Below, piece by piece: positions 28,033-36,341 of a DNA stretch of 64,000 nucleotides (position 1 is the first letter of the stretch; every line of letters begins with the position of its first letter). The notes beneath the pieces are model-generated. The model made no database searches. It saw only the letters and a program-made list of their open reading frames with translations, and had not been told where the DNA came from. Both the position numbers and the translations under genes were made by a program. Origin of the DNA: a virus; IMG/VR virus record IMGVR_UViG_3300011441_000007. One strand, written 5' to 3'.

Positions 28033-28505
28033 AATCCTGGCTTCCTATTCCAACTTTTCTGTTGAACTTTCATGCGTCCGCCTCTTGCTTTGAATGACGC
28101 AAGCCCGCCTTGTTGTTTGTGATGACTAATAATATCTCTTGCTATAGATGATGTTTTTCTTAGGCGCGGTACATAGTTTCCAGGTTTGCGATTGTAATTG
28201 GCTTGCCCGCCCCCGCCTGTTTTGAACACACCAAGGGGAGTTTGTACTGGAATATTACCTTTCATAGATTGACGAAGCATTGTCATTTTTGGATTGTTAT
28301 ACAGTCCAATTTTTTGATATACGGATTGTTTCATCGCTCCTAGATTATAGTATTTTCTAGGAAGACCAGCGCGTAATCTCTTGAAAACACTTTTTTTAAG
28401 ACCAGTAAGACCAATAGCTTTGTTTGTAGAAATACCAATATGTCTCATTGGCGAAATATTAGTGCCTAAAAATCCTTCTGTTAGTATTTCTCTAAGTTTT
28501 TTCAA
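28029..28505 (-). CDS. basic internal-protein-like protein (CTS MKKLREILTE)
   Basis: 158 aa, highly basic and Gly-rich. The N-terminal 10 aa end in L-T-E like the T4 CTS. Confidence 0.5.
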   Translation of the reverse strand: MKKLREILTEGFLGTNISPMRHIGISTNKAIGLTGLKKSVFKRLRAGLPRKYYNLGAMKQSVYQKIGLYNNPKMTMLRQSMKGNIPVQTPLGVFKTGGGGQANYNRKPGNYVPRLRKTSSIARDIISHHKQQGGLASFKARGGRMKVQQKSWNRKPGL

Positions 28506-28512
28506 TGTAATT

Positions 28513-28641
28513 TTATGCTATCCAAAGAAGTGTTATTGTAACTGCCATAAAGAAGGATACTTGTATGGCGACCGAAACGTCACTTCCTGTTTTCTTGAAA
28601 AAATAAAAGAAGAACAGGTAAACGCCCAGAAACAATAGCAT
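28513..28641 (-). CDS. small hydrophobic ORF (about 42 aa) directly downstream of a TATAAATA motif
   Basis: MLLFLGVYLFFFYFFKK...VSFFMAVTITLLWIA has two hydrophobic stretches. AGGA lies 5 nt upstream and a T4-late-type TATAAATA (28658-28665, minus) just upstream. Confidence 0.25.
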   Translation of the reverse strand: MLLFLGVYLFFFYFFKKTGSDVSVAIQVSFFMAVTITLLWIA

Positions 28642-28657
28642 ATATCCTAGCATTATT

Positions 28658-28665
28658 TATTTATA
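28658..28665 (-). promoter_or_regulatory. T4 late-promoter-type motif TATAAATA
   Basis: Exact 8-mer on the minus strand, upstream of the small ORF and the CTS protein gene. Confidence 0.35.
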
Positions 28666-28736
28666 AAGACAAAGCAATAAGCTGAGATTCTGCCTTAGAT
28701 TTGCCATAATAGTAGATGTTAGATGTGAGAATAACC

Positions 28737-28767
28737 CCATACACATCCAGAAACATGATGTGTATGG
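28737..28767 (+). promoter_or_regulatory. perfect 11-bp inverted repeat CCATACACATC-N9-GATGTGTATGG upstream of REC gene
   Basis: Seen directly. It lies about 50-70 nt upstream of the REC start, with GATGT(T/G) half-site-like direct repeats just upstream at 28716-28730. Confidence 0.45.
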
Positions 28768-28813
28768 AATCATACTTACGATTGCCGCAATGATGATGGA
28801 TGGTTGAAAGAGA

Positions 28814-29233
28814 GTGTGGGGAAAGAAGGGATCAATGAAACTTCGTGGTGAAACTGTGCTCATCGTAGAAGATGAGCCCATAATCGCTTTGGAAATTCAT
28901 GCCATCGCCAGTGAGGACGGCGCCAGCGTGATTGCTGCGCTATCTTGTAAAGAGGCAAAAAAAATGGCTACATCCTGTGATATTTCAGTTGCAATCCTTG
29001 ATGTCAGATTGGATAACGAGGATTGCACGGAATTGATTTGCCATCATTTAAGAGCGCGAAAAATACCTTTCATGTTCTACACTGGTTTTAATAAACATGA
29101 GATAATGTCAATGTGGCCAGATGTTCCAGTTATTGAGAAACCGGCTTCACAAACTTTAATTTTGGAAGGAATGCGGCAATTGTTGTTTTCCAAAAAGGTT
29201 AACGCAAACAGAACACAAAAGGAGCAAGTCTGA
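28814..29233 (+). CDS. stand-alone response-regulator receiver (REC/CheY-like) domain protein
   Basis: VLIVEDEPIIALEI...AILDVRLDN...FMFYTGF...IEKPAS carries all the conserved REC residues (acidic pair, phospho-Asp, Thr, Lys). It is the only plus-strand gene in a minus-strand block and looks slightly GC-richer. An alternative start lies at 28835. Confidence 0.7.
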   Translation: MWGKKGSMKLRGETVLIVEDEPIIALEIHAIASEDGASVIAALSCKEAKKMATSCDISVAILDVRLDNEDCTELICHHLRARKIPFMFYTGFNKHEIMSMWPDVPVIEKPASQTLILEGMRQLLFSKKVNANRTQKEQV

Positions 29234-29530
29234 TGGGCTGATCTTGTTCACATCATTAGAGAGTCTGTAGGGAAAATACCCTGAGACTTCTAATCCAGCT
29301 GCAATCAATTCGGAACAGAACCAAGAGTCATCTGCGCGCCAATCCCTATTAGCGGCATATGCAATCAAAGACCAATAATCATATTTCTTTCCACATTGTT
29401 CATAGAGAAAGTCATAAAAATCGTCATGAATTCTTTTTGTCGTTGGTAAATAAACGATTTTTTTGCGCCGGAATGGCATATAGTTTGATGGTCGCACACA
29501 AACACCACTCCAAGGTCTTGCACCAAGCAA
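29156..29530 (-). CDS. YiiX/YaeF-like permuted papain-fold (peptidase C92 / DUF830) protein; possibly frameshifted or non-ATG start
   Basis: EQCGKKYDYWSLIAYAANRDWRADDSWFCSELIAAG resembles E. coli YiiX (GKPYDFSFSW.DDRQYCSEVV). The conserved region (GSLIISFGTHGWAAHVD) extends upstream of the TTG start to a TAA with no in-frame ATG. A 53-aa ATG ORF sits in another frame just upstream (29683..29838). Confidence 0.4.
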   Translation of the reverse strand: MLGARPWSGVCVRPSNYMPFRRKKIVYLPTTKRIHDDFYDFLYEQCGKKYDYWSLIAYAANRDWRADDSWFCSELIAAGLEVSGYFPYRLSNDVNKISPSDLLLLCSVCVNLFGKQQLPHSFQN

Positions 29531-29841
29531 ATCACCATTGGAGTTAACGACAGCATCAACGTGTGCTGCCCAGCCATGTGTTCCAAAACTGATTATTAAT
29601 GATCCTGGAGTAAATTCAGCAGCAAATTGAAGAACTATTTCGTGTATTTTATTTTCCCCTTTCTTATCCCTTTTTAGTAAATATTTTTACATCACGCCCC
29701 AATAATGAAACGTAATGAATGCGTTTTCCTAACTTGTGATCAAACTTAGTTGTCGTTCCTGGAATCCTTTTCCATATCCTGCTTATCCAGCATAGAGGAG
29801 GTATTGTTTCACCACGCATCCGCATTTGTATTTATTCTCCC

Positions 29842-30423
29842 TCAGTTGCAAGAGCACGTAAAGAAGTTTATGCCTTTATCTTCTATTTTCGTGCCTGTTA
29901 CCTTTTCATAGTGTTCCCAAAAGATTTTCGGGGTGTAGTCTCCTTCATATCTTCCACCCTCACAAAGATATTCACCATGTTTTATTCGGTCTTCAGCAAC
30001 CTCCATTATTCTTTCATAAGAAAGCCCATGAGATGAAGCAAAATCTTCAAGCCATCGTTCACTAAAGGTTTTATCATCAACCGGACCAAAAGCTGGATGT
30101 TCCCAAACGTGTTTCAGAGATGTAACTGTTTTGGGATAAAGAAATAAGAAGCACCATTGCCCTTTATCTATGGAATGTTCTAGATAAGGATCAATGATAC
30201 CAATAAAAGATGTTGGTTTGGCGAAGACAGTTGTAATGTCTCCTATTCTTCCAAATCCTACATGTTGTCCTGGAAAAAGTCGCTCGCCAGCTTGTACAGA
30301 AGCAAGAGCGACATGTATTGCGTCTTTTTCAACTGGAGCTTCAAGAATTTTACCAATAAGAGAATGTGCATCCGTCATTTTCTCATGATCCTCAGTCTTT
30401 TTGGTTTTGGCTTCTTCCGCCAT
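29842..30423 (-). CDS. hypothetical protein (193 aa)
   Basis: Clean ORF. No motif recognised. Confidence 0.45.
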   Translation of the reverse strand: MAEEAKTKKTEDHEKMTDAHSLIGKILEAPVEKDAIHVALASVQAGERLFPGQHVGFGRIGDITTVFAKPTSFIGIIDPYLEHSIDKGQWCFLFLYPKTVTSLKHVWEHPAFGPVDDKTFSERWLEDFASSHGLSYERIMEVAEDRIKHGEYLCEGGRYEGDYTPKIFWEHYEKVTGTKIEDKGINFFTCSCN

Positions 30424-30620
30424 TCGCGGATTGCTTCAGCGAGTAGCCATATCGTATAGATTGTTAAGAAAGGAATTGCAAGCCAAAAGATGATACGATT
30501 CTGAAAAAATTCAACGAAATCTACAGTAGAAAGACTCTCAAATAGATCAAAGACGAAAGAAGTGCACAAAATAGCCCAAACGGAAAGACCAGTTACAATG
30601 AGTGCTTTCCGTATGTGCAT
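30375..30620 (-). CDS. holin-like small membrane protein (2 TMDs, charged C-terminus)
   Basis: MHIRKALIVTGLSVWAILCTSFVF...IIFWLAIPFLTIYTIWLLAEAI...KKPKPKRLRIMRK. It starts just after the endolysin stop. The longer frame, open to 30767, overlaps the endolysin 3' end. Confidence 0.45.
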   Translation of the reverse strand: MHIRKALIVTGLSVWAILCTSFVFDLFESLSTVDFVEFFQNRIIFWLAIPFLTIYTIWLLAEAIREWRKKPKPKRLRIMRK

Positions 30621-30633
30621 TTGGTTCCACCTT

Positions 30634-31446
30634 TTATTGGACCCATTCTTTTGCCAGTTGTTCGGCTGTTCCGGGATAGCTGTTGATATCACATGGTCCA
30701 GCTTTGTCTTCCTTTTTCTTGCCAGCGATTCCAGGGATAAGGTGTGGTAGTGGTCCATAGCGTCCATCCGTAAACTGCCAGAGCCAATAGTTGTCCCATG
30801 TTATGGGAACAACTGCTTTAGGTCCATACTGAGCAACCCAGAGGCGATGTAGAGCTAAAAACTCATCTTTAGTTTTTCCAAGTTTTTCCTTTATAAGACT
30901 GCCTGAATAAAGAACTGGTCTTTGGCCTGTTCTTTCATAGACTTGTTTCAAGAATTCTTTTGCCTGAGAAAGCGACATTGTTCCGCCGCTTGTTGTATTT
31001 GGCTCATAATCCAAGCAAAGTAGAGTTCTTTTACCATTAGCCTCATAGTCAACAGTTTTTAAGAAATTAATGACTTGGCGAGAAACGCTGCCAGCATCAC
31101 CGAAATGGTAAGCGCCAACGAGAAGTCCAGCAGCAATAGCTTCTTTTCTTCGGGCGGTAAACGTCTTGTCCACATAGCCTATTCCTTGTGTTGACTTCAG
31201 AATCACTCCCACAATACCAGCTTTCTTTATTTCAACAAAAGAACGAACTACATTGTGGTGTGATAAGTCTAGAACTAAAGGATTAACCTTTGTATGGTCT
31301 TTCTTAACTTCTACAACCACTGGAGGCGGTGCTGGTGTGGGAACAGGTGGTGTAGGTGTTGGCACAGCTATAACAGGTTCAGGTTTGTTGTCAACCCCTG
31401 AAAATGCTTTAACTATATCTTTTATTAAGTCAATGAAAGTAGGCAT
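30634..31446 (-). CDS. GH25-family lysozyme (endolysin / muramidase)
   Basis: Motifs LVLDLSHHN, GAYHFGD and LWVAQY...WQFTDGRYGP match the GH25 signature (D-x-S-x-x-Q; AYHF; WQYT). The N-terminus has a Pro-rich linker. RBS AGGAG upstream. Confidence 0.75.
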   Translation of the reverse strand: MPTFIDLIKDIVKAFSGVDNKPEPVIAVPTPTPPVPTPAPPPVVVEVKKDHTKVNPLVLDLSHHNVVRSFVEIKKAGIVGVILKSTQGIGYVDKTFTARRKEAIAAGLLVGAYHFGDAGSVSRQVINFLKTVDYEANGKRTLLCLDYEPNTTSGGTMSLSQAKEFLKQVYERTGQRPVLYSGSLIKEKLGKTKDEFLALHRLWVAQYGPKAVVPITWDNYWLWQFTDGRYGPLPHLIPGIAGKKKEDKAGPCDINSYPGTAEQLAKEWVQ

Positions 31447-31569
31447 TTTTTCTCCTAAAGATGTAAAGTGTTTATTAAGTCAATCATAATAACCAAAAAG
31501 AGGACTAATACCAAAAAAAGGATAAACAGACAAAACAATTGCCCAACTCCTTTGATGTTATTCCTCTAT

Positions 31570-31577
31570 TATTTATA
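31570..31577 (-). promoter_or_regulatory. T4 late-promoter-type motif TATAAATA upstream of the endolysin gene
   Basis: Exact 8-mer on the minus strand about 124 nt upstream of the endolysin ATG. Confidence 0.3.
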
Positions 31578-31586
31578 AGAAGTGAC

Positions 31587-31615
31587 TTGACAAAAAGGCT
31601 GTTACGATATATTAA
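31587..31615 (+). promoter_or_regulatory. sigma70-like promoter TTGACA-N17-TATTAA
   Basis: Perfect -35 with 17-nt spacer and a 4/6 -10. It is followed by GGAAGAGG and the ATG at 31649. Confidence 0.45.
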
Positions 31616-31648
31616 TGGCTGAGTCTTATGGAAGAGGTAAACTCGTAA

Positions 31649-32017
31649 ATGACCCGCACCGAAATCTTACAAAAGACCAGAGAAATCCTTGCTGATGAAA
31701 AGCATTGGACTCAAAAAGCTTTCGTCATAACAAAGTTTAATGAAGGAAAACCGTTTTTTGTCTGTTGTCTTATGGGAGCCATGAATATGGCAATTGCCGA
31801 TAGCTATGCGCTATCGGTTAAGGGTCATCAAGAAGCGCAAGTTATATTGTTAAACATTATTAAGAAAAAATATGTCAAAGGCTATGCTAGTCTTATACCT
31901 TTTAATGATGACGAAGAACGCACCCATTTAGATATTATAGAATTGTTGGATGAGGGAATTGTAAAGTCCCTTGCAATGAACCATGATGAAGCTGCGAAGG
32001 AGAACCACAATGTCTGA
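31649..32017 (+). CDS. KxHW...CxxGA family protein (paralog 2)
   Basis: Has EKHWTQKAFV...FFVCCLMGAMNMAI...FNDDEERTHLDIIELLDEG. Confidence 0.5.
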   Translation: MTRTEILQKTREILADEKHWTQKAFVITKFNEGKPFFVCCLMGAMNMAIADSYALSVKGHQEAQVILLNIIKKKYVKGYASLIPFNDDEERTHLDIIELLDEGIVKSLAMNHDEAAKENHNV

Positions 32018-32417
32018 CCGCAAAATCTCGGAACGCACAAAAGTCCTGATGTGCGCCAAGAAGCTTATCAGTAAAGAGGAGCATTGGACTAAACACGCTT
32101 CATTTAGAACCGAATCTGGTCACACCGTAATAAGGAGGCTTGAAGATATAGTTTCATATTGTATGTCTGGTGCTATACAGAGAGCACATGGTTGGAATAC
32201 ATCATCTTATAATTGTAATGAAGCTATGGAAACATTTCGTTTTGTAGCAAACATTATGATACTACCAATAGCCACATTCAACGACAATCATAATACAACT
32301 CATACTGATGTGTTGAGAAAGTTTGATGAACTTATTGGACTTTCTTTAGCTGATGATCAAAAAACGGAGGGGAACCATGCAGGAACCAAAGTATTCGCGG
32401 CGGCAAACCATTGTTAA
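32010..32417 (+). CDS. KxHW...CxxGA family protein (paralog 3)
   Basis: Start at MSDRK. Has EEHWTKHASF...YCMSGAIQRA...FNDNHNTTHTDVLRKFDEL. Overlaps the previous gene by 8 nt. Confidence 0.5.
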   Translation: MSDRKISERTKVLMCAKKLISKEEHWTKHASFRTESGHTVIRRLEDIVSYCMSGAIQRAHGWNTSSYNCNEAMETFRFVANIMILPIATFNDNHNTTHTDVLRKFDELIGLSLADDQKTEGNHAGTKVFAAANHC

Positions 32418-32700
32418 GTTCCATGATCTTCATAGCTGGAATTGGGAAGAAATCGCAGAACTACTATTAATGAACAAACGAGACGTTCAGAATGCCTATT
32501 GGAAAGCAAAACATCCTGAACAAACAAAAGCACAATTAGAACGTTGGCGCCAAAGCCATCATGAGTATATGATAAAATATGGCGGGAACTGGAGGAGAAC
32601 GAACCGAGTAAAACGACGGATGCATGAAAAAACCTATCGCGACAAAAAACGCATGAAACGGAAATATGGAGGAATCTATGCCACGCGATATGCTACTTGA
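32377..32700 (+). CDS. small basic HTH-like DNA-binding protein
   Basis: WNWEEIAELLLMNKRDVQNAYWKAK is HTH-like. The C-terminus is very basic. Confidence 0.4.
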   Translation: MQEPKYSRRQTIVKFHDLHSWNWEEIAELLLMNKRDVQNAYWKAKHPEQTKAQLERWRQSHHEYMIKYGGNWRRTNRVKRRMHEKTYRDKKRMKRKYGGIYATRYAT

Positions 32701-32762
32701 GGCCGAAGTTCTAGAAAAAGCAGATCACTCACACTATCAACAAATTTAAGGAGCGCGATCTA

Positions 32763-32924
32763 ATGATTCCGCCATGGGTTGAAATGACTGCATTGGGTCT
32801 GATTATGATGGCAGCTGTCGTATTTCTTTTCTTTTGGGGTCGTAGTATGTGGTTGTTCCCAAAAGAGCATCAGCAAATCAAAGAGCGGGCTTTGTCTACT
32901 TCACGGGAAGAACAAAAAGGATAA
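32763..32924 (+). CDS. small membrane ORF (53 aa)
   Basis: MIPPWVEMTALGLIMMAAVVFLFFWG... preceded by AAGGAG. Below the ORF-track size cut-off. Confidence 0.25.
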   Translation: MIPPWVEMTALGLIMMAAVVFLFFWGRSMWLFPKEHQQIKERALSTSREEQKG

Positions 32925-33038
32925 AATAGGCCGCGACTACAAAAATCACCATGACGCCCCAATCACGGAGCCATTCAGGGCCTTGAATGGTGAATGGCTC
33001 AAAGATTGTGCGTGAGCGTAGTTTGAACCATCTTCTTC

Positions 33039-33266
33039 TCATGTTTTATATTTCCTTATTGATGGTAAACTGTCTCTATTGCGCCGTTGTTTCTCTTGTA
33101 AATCGGATAGTTCAAGCTCTGGTCCATAAACCGCTAAGACGTTCCATAAACCCGCTTCCCCTTTCAAAACAATCCTCGCCCCCATTTTAGCTCCACGCTT
33201 TTCAATCCATCCTACCGTGCGCTGGCCATCCTGCTCAAACAAACACTGTAAGTGAGGATTCTTCAT
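33039..33266 (-). CDS. hypothetical small protein
   Basis: 75-aa ORF contiguous with the gene cluster. Confidence 0.35.
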   Translation of the reverse strand: MKNPHLQCLFEQDGQRTVGWIEKRGAKMGARIVLKGEAGLWNVLAVYGPELELSDLQEKQRRNRDSLPSIRKYKT

Positions 33267-33269
33267 ACG

Positions 33270-33842
33270 TTACTCCTTCTTTCTGGCAACGAACCTACTA
33301 TTTTCATATTCAGGCCGATAGTTATTTCCCCACTTATCTCCAGTATGCAGTGTGAGACGCCCACGGAATAACCCCCCAAGGATTCCAGGCCCCATGTGTT
33401 GCATCTCAATATCTGAGTGTTGCTGGAGAATTCGCCAAGTCTCGCGGCCTCCCTTAGTCTGTATATCAGATGAGTGTAAAGTCAAGTTGTGATTTGGGTG
33501 TGTGATCAGATGGTGATAAAATTCATGAGCCTTGATAGATGCACCTTTTCGGCCGCGCAATTCATTTACTTTCAAAATACCGTTTTTCTCAAATCCATTT
33601 ACATGCATATCAACCTTCTTTGTTTTTGGGTTGAAAGCTGAATAACTTCTCACTCTGATACCTTTACAGAAAATTTGATGCCCAGATGGCATAGTTGACA
33701 TAGGTTTATTCCAACGCCAAAGATTTATACCACTATCATTGTCTCTGAAGGTATGTGTATCTCTTGACACATTCTTATCATTCATTGGATAAGGTGTTTC
33801 AAGTAAAAATTCTTTGAAGCGAAGGATTAATTTGGTCATCAT
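33270..33842 (-). CDS. His-containing protein with CTS-like N-terminus (MTKLILRFKEFLLE)
   Basis: The N-terminus ends L-L-E. Contains AHEFYHHLITHPNHN. Confidence 0.45.
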   Translation of the reverse strand: MMTKLILRFKEFLLETPYPMNDKNVSRDTHTFRDNDSGINLWRWNKPMSTMPSGHQIFCKGIRVRSYSAFNPKTKKVDMHVNGFEKNGILKVNELRGRKGASIKAHEFYHHLITHPNHNLTLHSSDIQTKGGRETWRILQQHSDIEMQHMGPGILGGLFRGRLTLHTGDKWGNNYRPEYENSRFVARKKE

Positions 33843-34375
33843 TATGGATTCATTGAAATGATGCCAGCTTTAATAGTATGTGTTCCACCAGTTTCAGTTG
33901 TTAAATTACCAGCAACTTTTAGATTCATGTTGCCTTTTACATTCATATTGTGATTTCCTTTAACGCCAGTATACATATCCCCAGCGACAGCAACTTTGGC
34001 GTTTCCCCCAACAATTACGTTAGTATGACCACCAGTCACGCTATCAGAATCTCCCCTAACGGTAATTATTGTGCCACCATTATTATTTTCTCGTTTATGC
34101 CCATGGCCTTTTTTATCCTCATTCTCATCAATCGTAATCGTTACGCCCCCTTTATTATATTGTTGATAGTTTCCAACAGTAAGCTCAACTTTACGACCAT
34201 CGGGAGAGATTTCAATATATGTTCCCTTTTTATGAGCGAACCGAATGCGTTCTTTTCCTGGAGTGTTATCAACATGAAACTCATGCCCAGCTTCAGTTAA
34301 CCAAGCTTGGTTAAAAGGATACTTTGATTCATATGACGTTTTAGCAATACGTGTCTTTTTATCTTTACCGGCCAT
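33842..34375 (-). CDS. central spike beta-helix needle protein (gp5 C-terminal-like)
   Basis: Gly/Val/Asn repeat segments (VIVGGNAKVAVAGDMYTGVKGNHNMNVKGNMNLKVAGN) typical of a triple beta-helix. PAAR and hub genes lie nearby. Confidence 0.45.
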   Translation of the reverse strand: MAGKDKKTRIAKTSYESKYPFNQAWLTEAGHEFHVDNTPGKERIRFAHKKGTYIEISPDGRKVELTVGNYQQYNKGGVTITIDENEDKKGHGHKRENNNGGTIITVRGDSDSVTGGHTNVIVGGNAKVAVAGDMYTGVKGNHNMNVKGNMNLKVAGNLTTETGGTHTIKAGIISMNP

Positions 34376-34376
34376 T

Positions 34377-34766
34377 TTATTCTATTTCCTGCTCCAATTG
34401 TTCTAATTCTTCTTCTAGTAATTTAATTGTTCTTCTAATCTCTTCTTCAGCTGCAATGAGTTCTGGTGTCTGTGGATCAATAGCTAACATTTCTTCTAAC
34501 ATTTTCCGAAGTCTTTCCAACTCAGCTTTTATTTCTTCAATTCTTTTTTTCTTCGCCGTATTATTTTGATTAGGGGGGTTTGAAAAAGCTTGAGCTACTT
34601 CAGACATCATACTTGCAAGATTACCAGCCCCAACAGCTTGTTCCATTGTTGGATTTCCACTAGATTCTCTTAAACTCTTAACTAAATCTAAAGCTTTCTT
34701 AATAGAGCCTGAGACATTATCAGGGGTTTTAGCCTTTGTAAAATCTGTAGCAGACTTCTTACTCAC
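34377..34766 (-). CDS. acidic coiled-coil protein
   Basis: The C-terminus KKKRIEEIKAELERLRKMLEEM...LLEEELEQLEQEIE is a heptad coiled coil. Confidence 0.4.
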   Translation of the reverse strand: MSKKSATDFTKAKTPDNVSGSIKKALDLVKSLRESSGNPTMEQAVGAGNLASMMSEVAQAFSNPPNQNNTAKKKRIEEIKAELERLRKMLEEMLAIDPQTPELIAAEEEIRRTIKLLEEELEQLEQEIE

Positions 34767-34892
34767 TTACCTATTTTTCCTCTAATAAATTTTTTCCAAC
34801 ATCTTTTACAAAGAAATCGTGTAAAAGACTCGCCTGGATATCTCAAGTTATAATATCTAGTTGTAGGTTTATCACAATAATAACAATCAACA

Positions 34893-35453
34893 TCAAGCGT
34901 AAGCATACTCGGCAATGGAATGATTTTGTTTTTCATCTTCATCTACTTCTTTTCCCTTTTTCTTTCCATAGGGGTTCTCACTTTTCTTTTTCCCATAGTC
35001 TGTTACACTTTCTTGATCATAGTCTTTTTTGTCAGAGGCATAACGAAAGTCGCCGCCTCCTTTTTCTTTGTCGCGGGAATGACGATTCAAGTCATGTTTG
35101 CGACCTTGTTGATTTAGTTCCCCTTCACCTTTTTGATCCTCACCAGATTTACCGATTGAGCCTATAATCATAGGTTTTTGTTGATCACCATCAAGATAAA
35201 ACCCAATCATATAAGAATTTTCTGTAGCACCTGTGAGCGGTCCACCAAGGCCACCGTCTTGGGGATTTGTGCCAGGGCCAATCATTCTAGCCCAATGCAA
35301 TTGATCGTCTGGGATGCCTCCCTTGTCGTCCTGATAGCCTACAGCCCGCACACGTAGGCGGCCAGCCTGTTCTGGATCACCCTTGCGATCTACAACTTGT
35401 AAAATAACGTGACGGCCGGCGCCACCATATGCACTCTTAGATGGATGTGCCAT
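34893..35453 (-). CDS. baseplate hub/spike OB-fold protein (gp5 N-terminal / gpV-like)
   Basis: VILQVVDRKGDPEQAGRLRVRAVGYQDD...IPDDQLHWARMIGP matches the Phage_base_V / gp5 OB-domain pattern (GRVRVR motif). The C-terminus is a charged low-complexity tail. Confidence 0.55.
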   Translation of the reverse strand: MAHPSKSAYGGAGRHVILQVVDRKGDPEQAGRLRVRAVGYQDDKGGIPDDQLHWARMIGPGTNPQDGGLGGPLTGATENSYMIGFYLDGDQQKPMIIGSIGKSGEDQKGEGELNQQGRKHDLNRHSRDKEKGGGDFRYASDKKDYDQESVTDYGKKKSENPYGKKKGKEVDEDEKQNHSIAEYAYA

Positions 35454-36341
35454 TTATTGTATTCTTCCTCCTCGTCTTCTAAATGGAAGGAAGAATTGAC
35501 GATATGTTCCTCTTCCTTCTCTTTCATCGTGTGGAATTTCTGGTTTTGGATGCGGTTTATTTAGGGGTCCGCCTGAAAGTCTTTGTTGCATTATTTTTCT
35601 AATATGAGGATCATGATCATGGACCATATGTTGAATGGTGTGAGGCTCAGCATAAGATGCGACATGCGCTCTAACGGAAGGATCAGGATCGTCTGAAAAA
35701 TGATGTAATTTGATACCAGCATCATATAGATGATCATGCACCTCTTTAGTATAATGTGTATCATCATGGTCTGTTCCTGGAATATGATAATTTAGAGTGT
35801 GTTTGGTTCCATAAGAATGTAAATGATAGATATGTCCTAATCTATCCGAAGCTTTTGGAAGAGATTTAATATGATGAATAAGCTCATCATGAGACATTCT
35901 TACTAATTTATGAGAAGGACGCTTCCATTGTTCATCAAATCCTGTATGAGGAATATTTTCCATTTTCTCATGCCATTCTGGAGGCATTTCATGAGATGAT
36001 AAAGCACCTTGGGTTTGTGTTTCATGATCCTCCACATGATGTTGCACCCAATGCTGTGTTCTTTCATTATCATGATGAATTACAAACAAATTTCCATCTC
36101 TTAGATAATCATGAGCATTTCCAGTTGATCTATTAGGAGTATTTGTGCACCAGTTTTTTCCTTGCCCAAAATCATAGCAAGCTTGTGGTGTTTTCATATG
36201 ATAGATTTTCACATTTGACTCAGAATGAACCAAATCGGCTCCTGGATGTTTCAATTCAATACTTCCATCTGGATTAGCCAAATAATGATCTAATGTTCGT
36301 TTTGACATAGATTCATAAAGATATTCTAGAAACGTTATCAT
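35454..36341 (-). CDS. His-rich protein with CTS-like N-terminus (MITFLEYLYE)
   Basis: 295 aa, extremely His-rich (HHDNERTQHWVQHHVEDHE; HIYHLHSYGTKH; HMVHDHDPHIRK). The N-terminus ends L-Y-E. Confidence 0.5.
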   Translation of the reverse strand: MITFLEYLYESMSKRTLDHYLANPDGSIELKHPGADLVHSESNVKIYHMKTPQACYDFGQGKNWCTNTPNRSTGNAHDYLRDGNLFVIHHDNERTQHWVQHHVEDHETQTQGALSSHEMPPEWHEKMENIPHTGFDEQWKRPSHKLVRMSHDELIHHIKSLPKASDRLGHIYHLHSYGTKHTLNYHIPGTDHDDTHYTKEVHDHLYDAGIKLHHFSDDPDPSVRAHVASYAEPHTIQHMVHDHDPHIRKIMQQRLSGGPLNKPHPKPEIPHDEREGRGTYRQFFLPFRRRGGRIQ

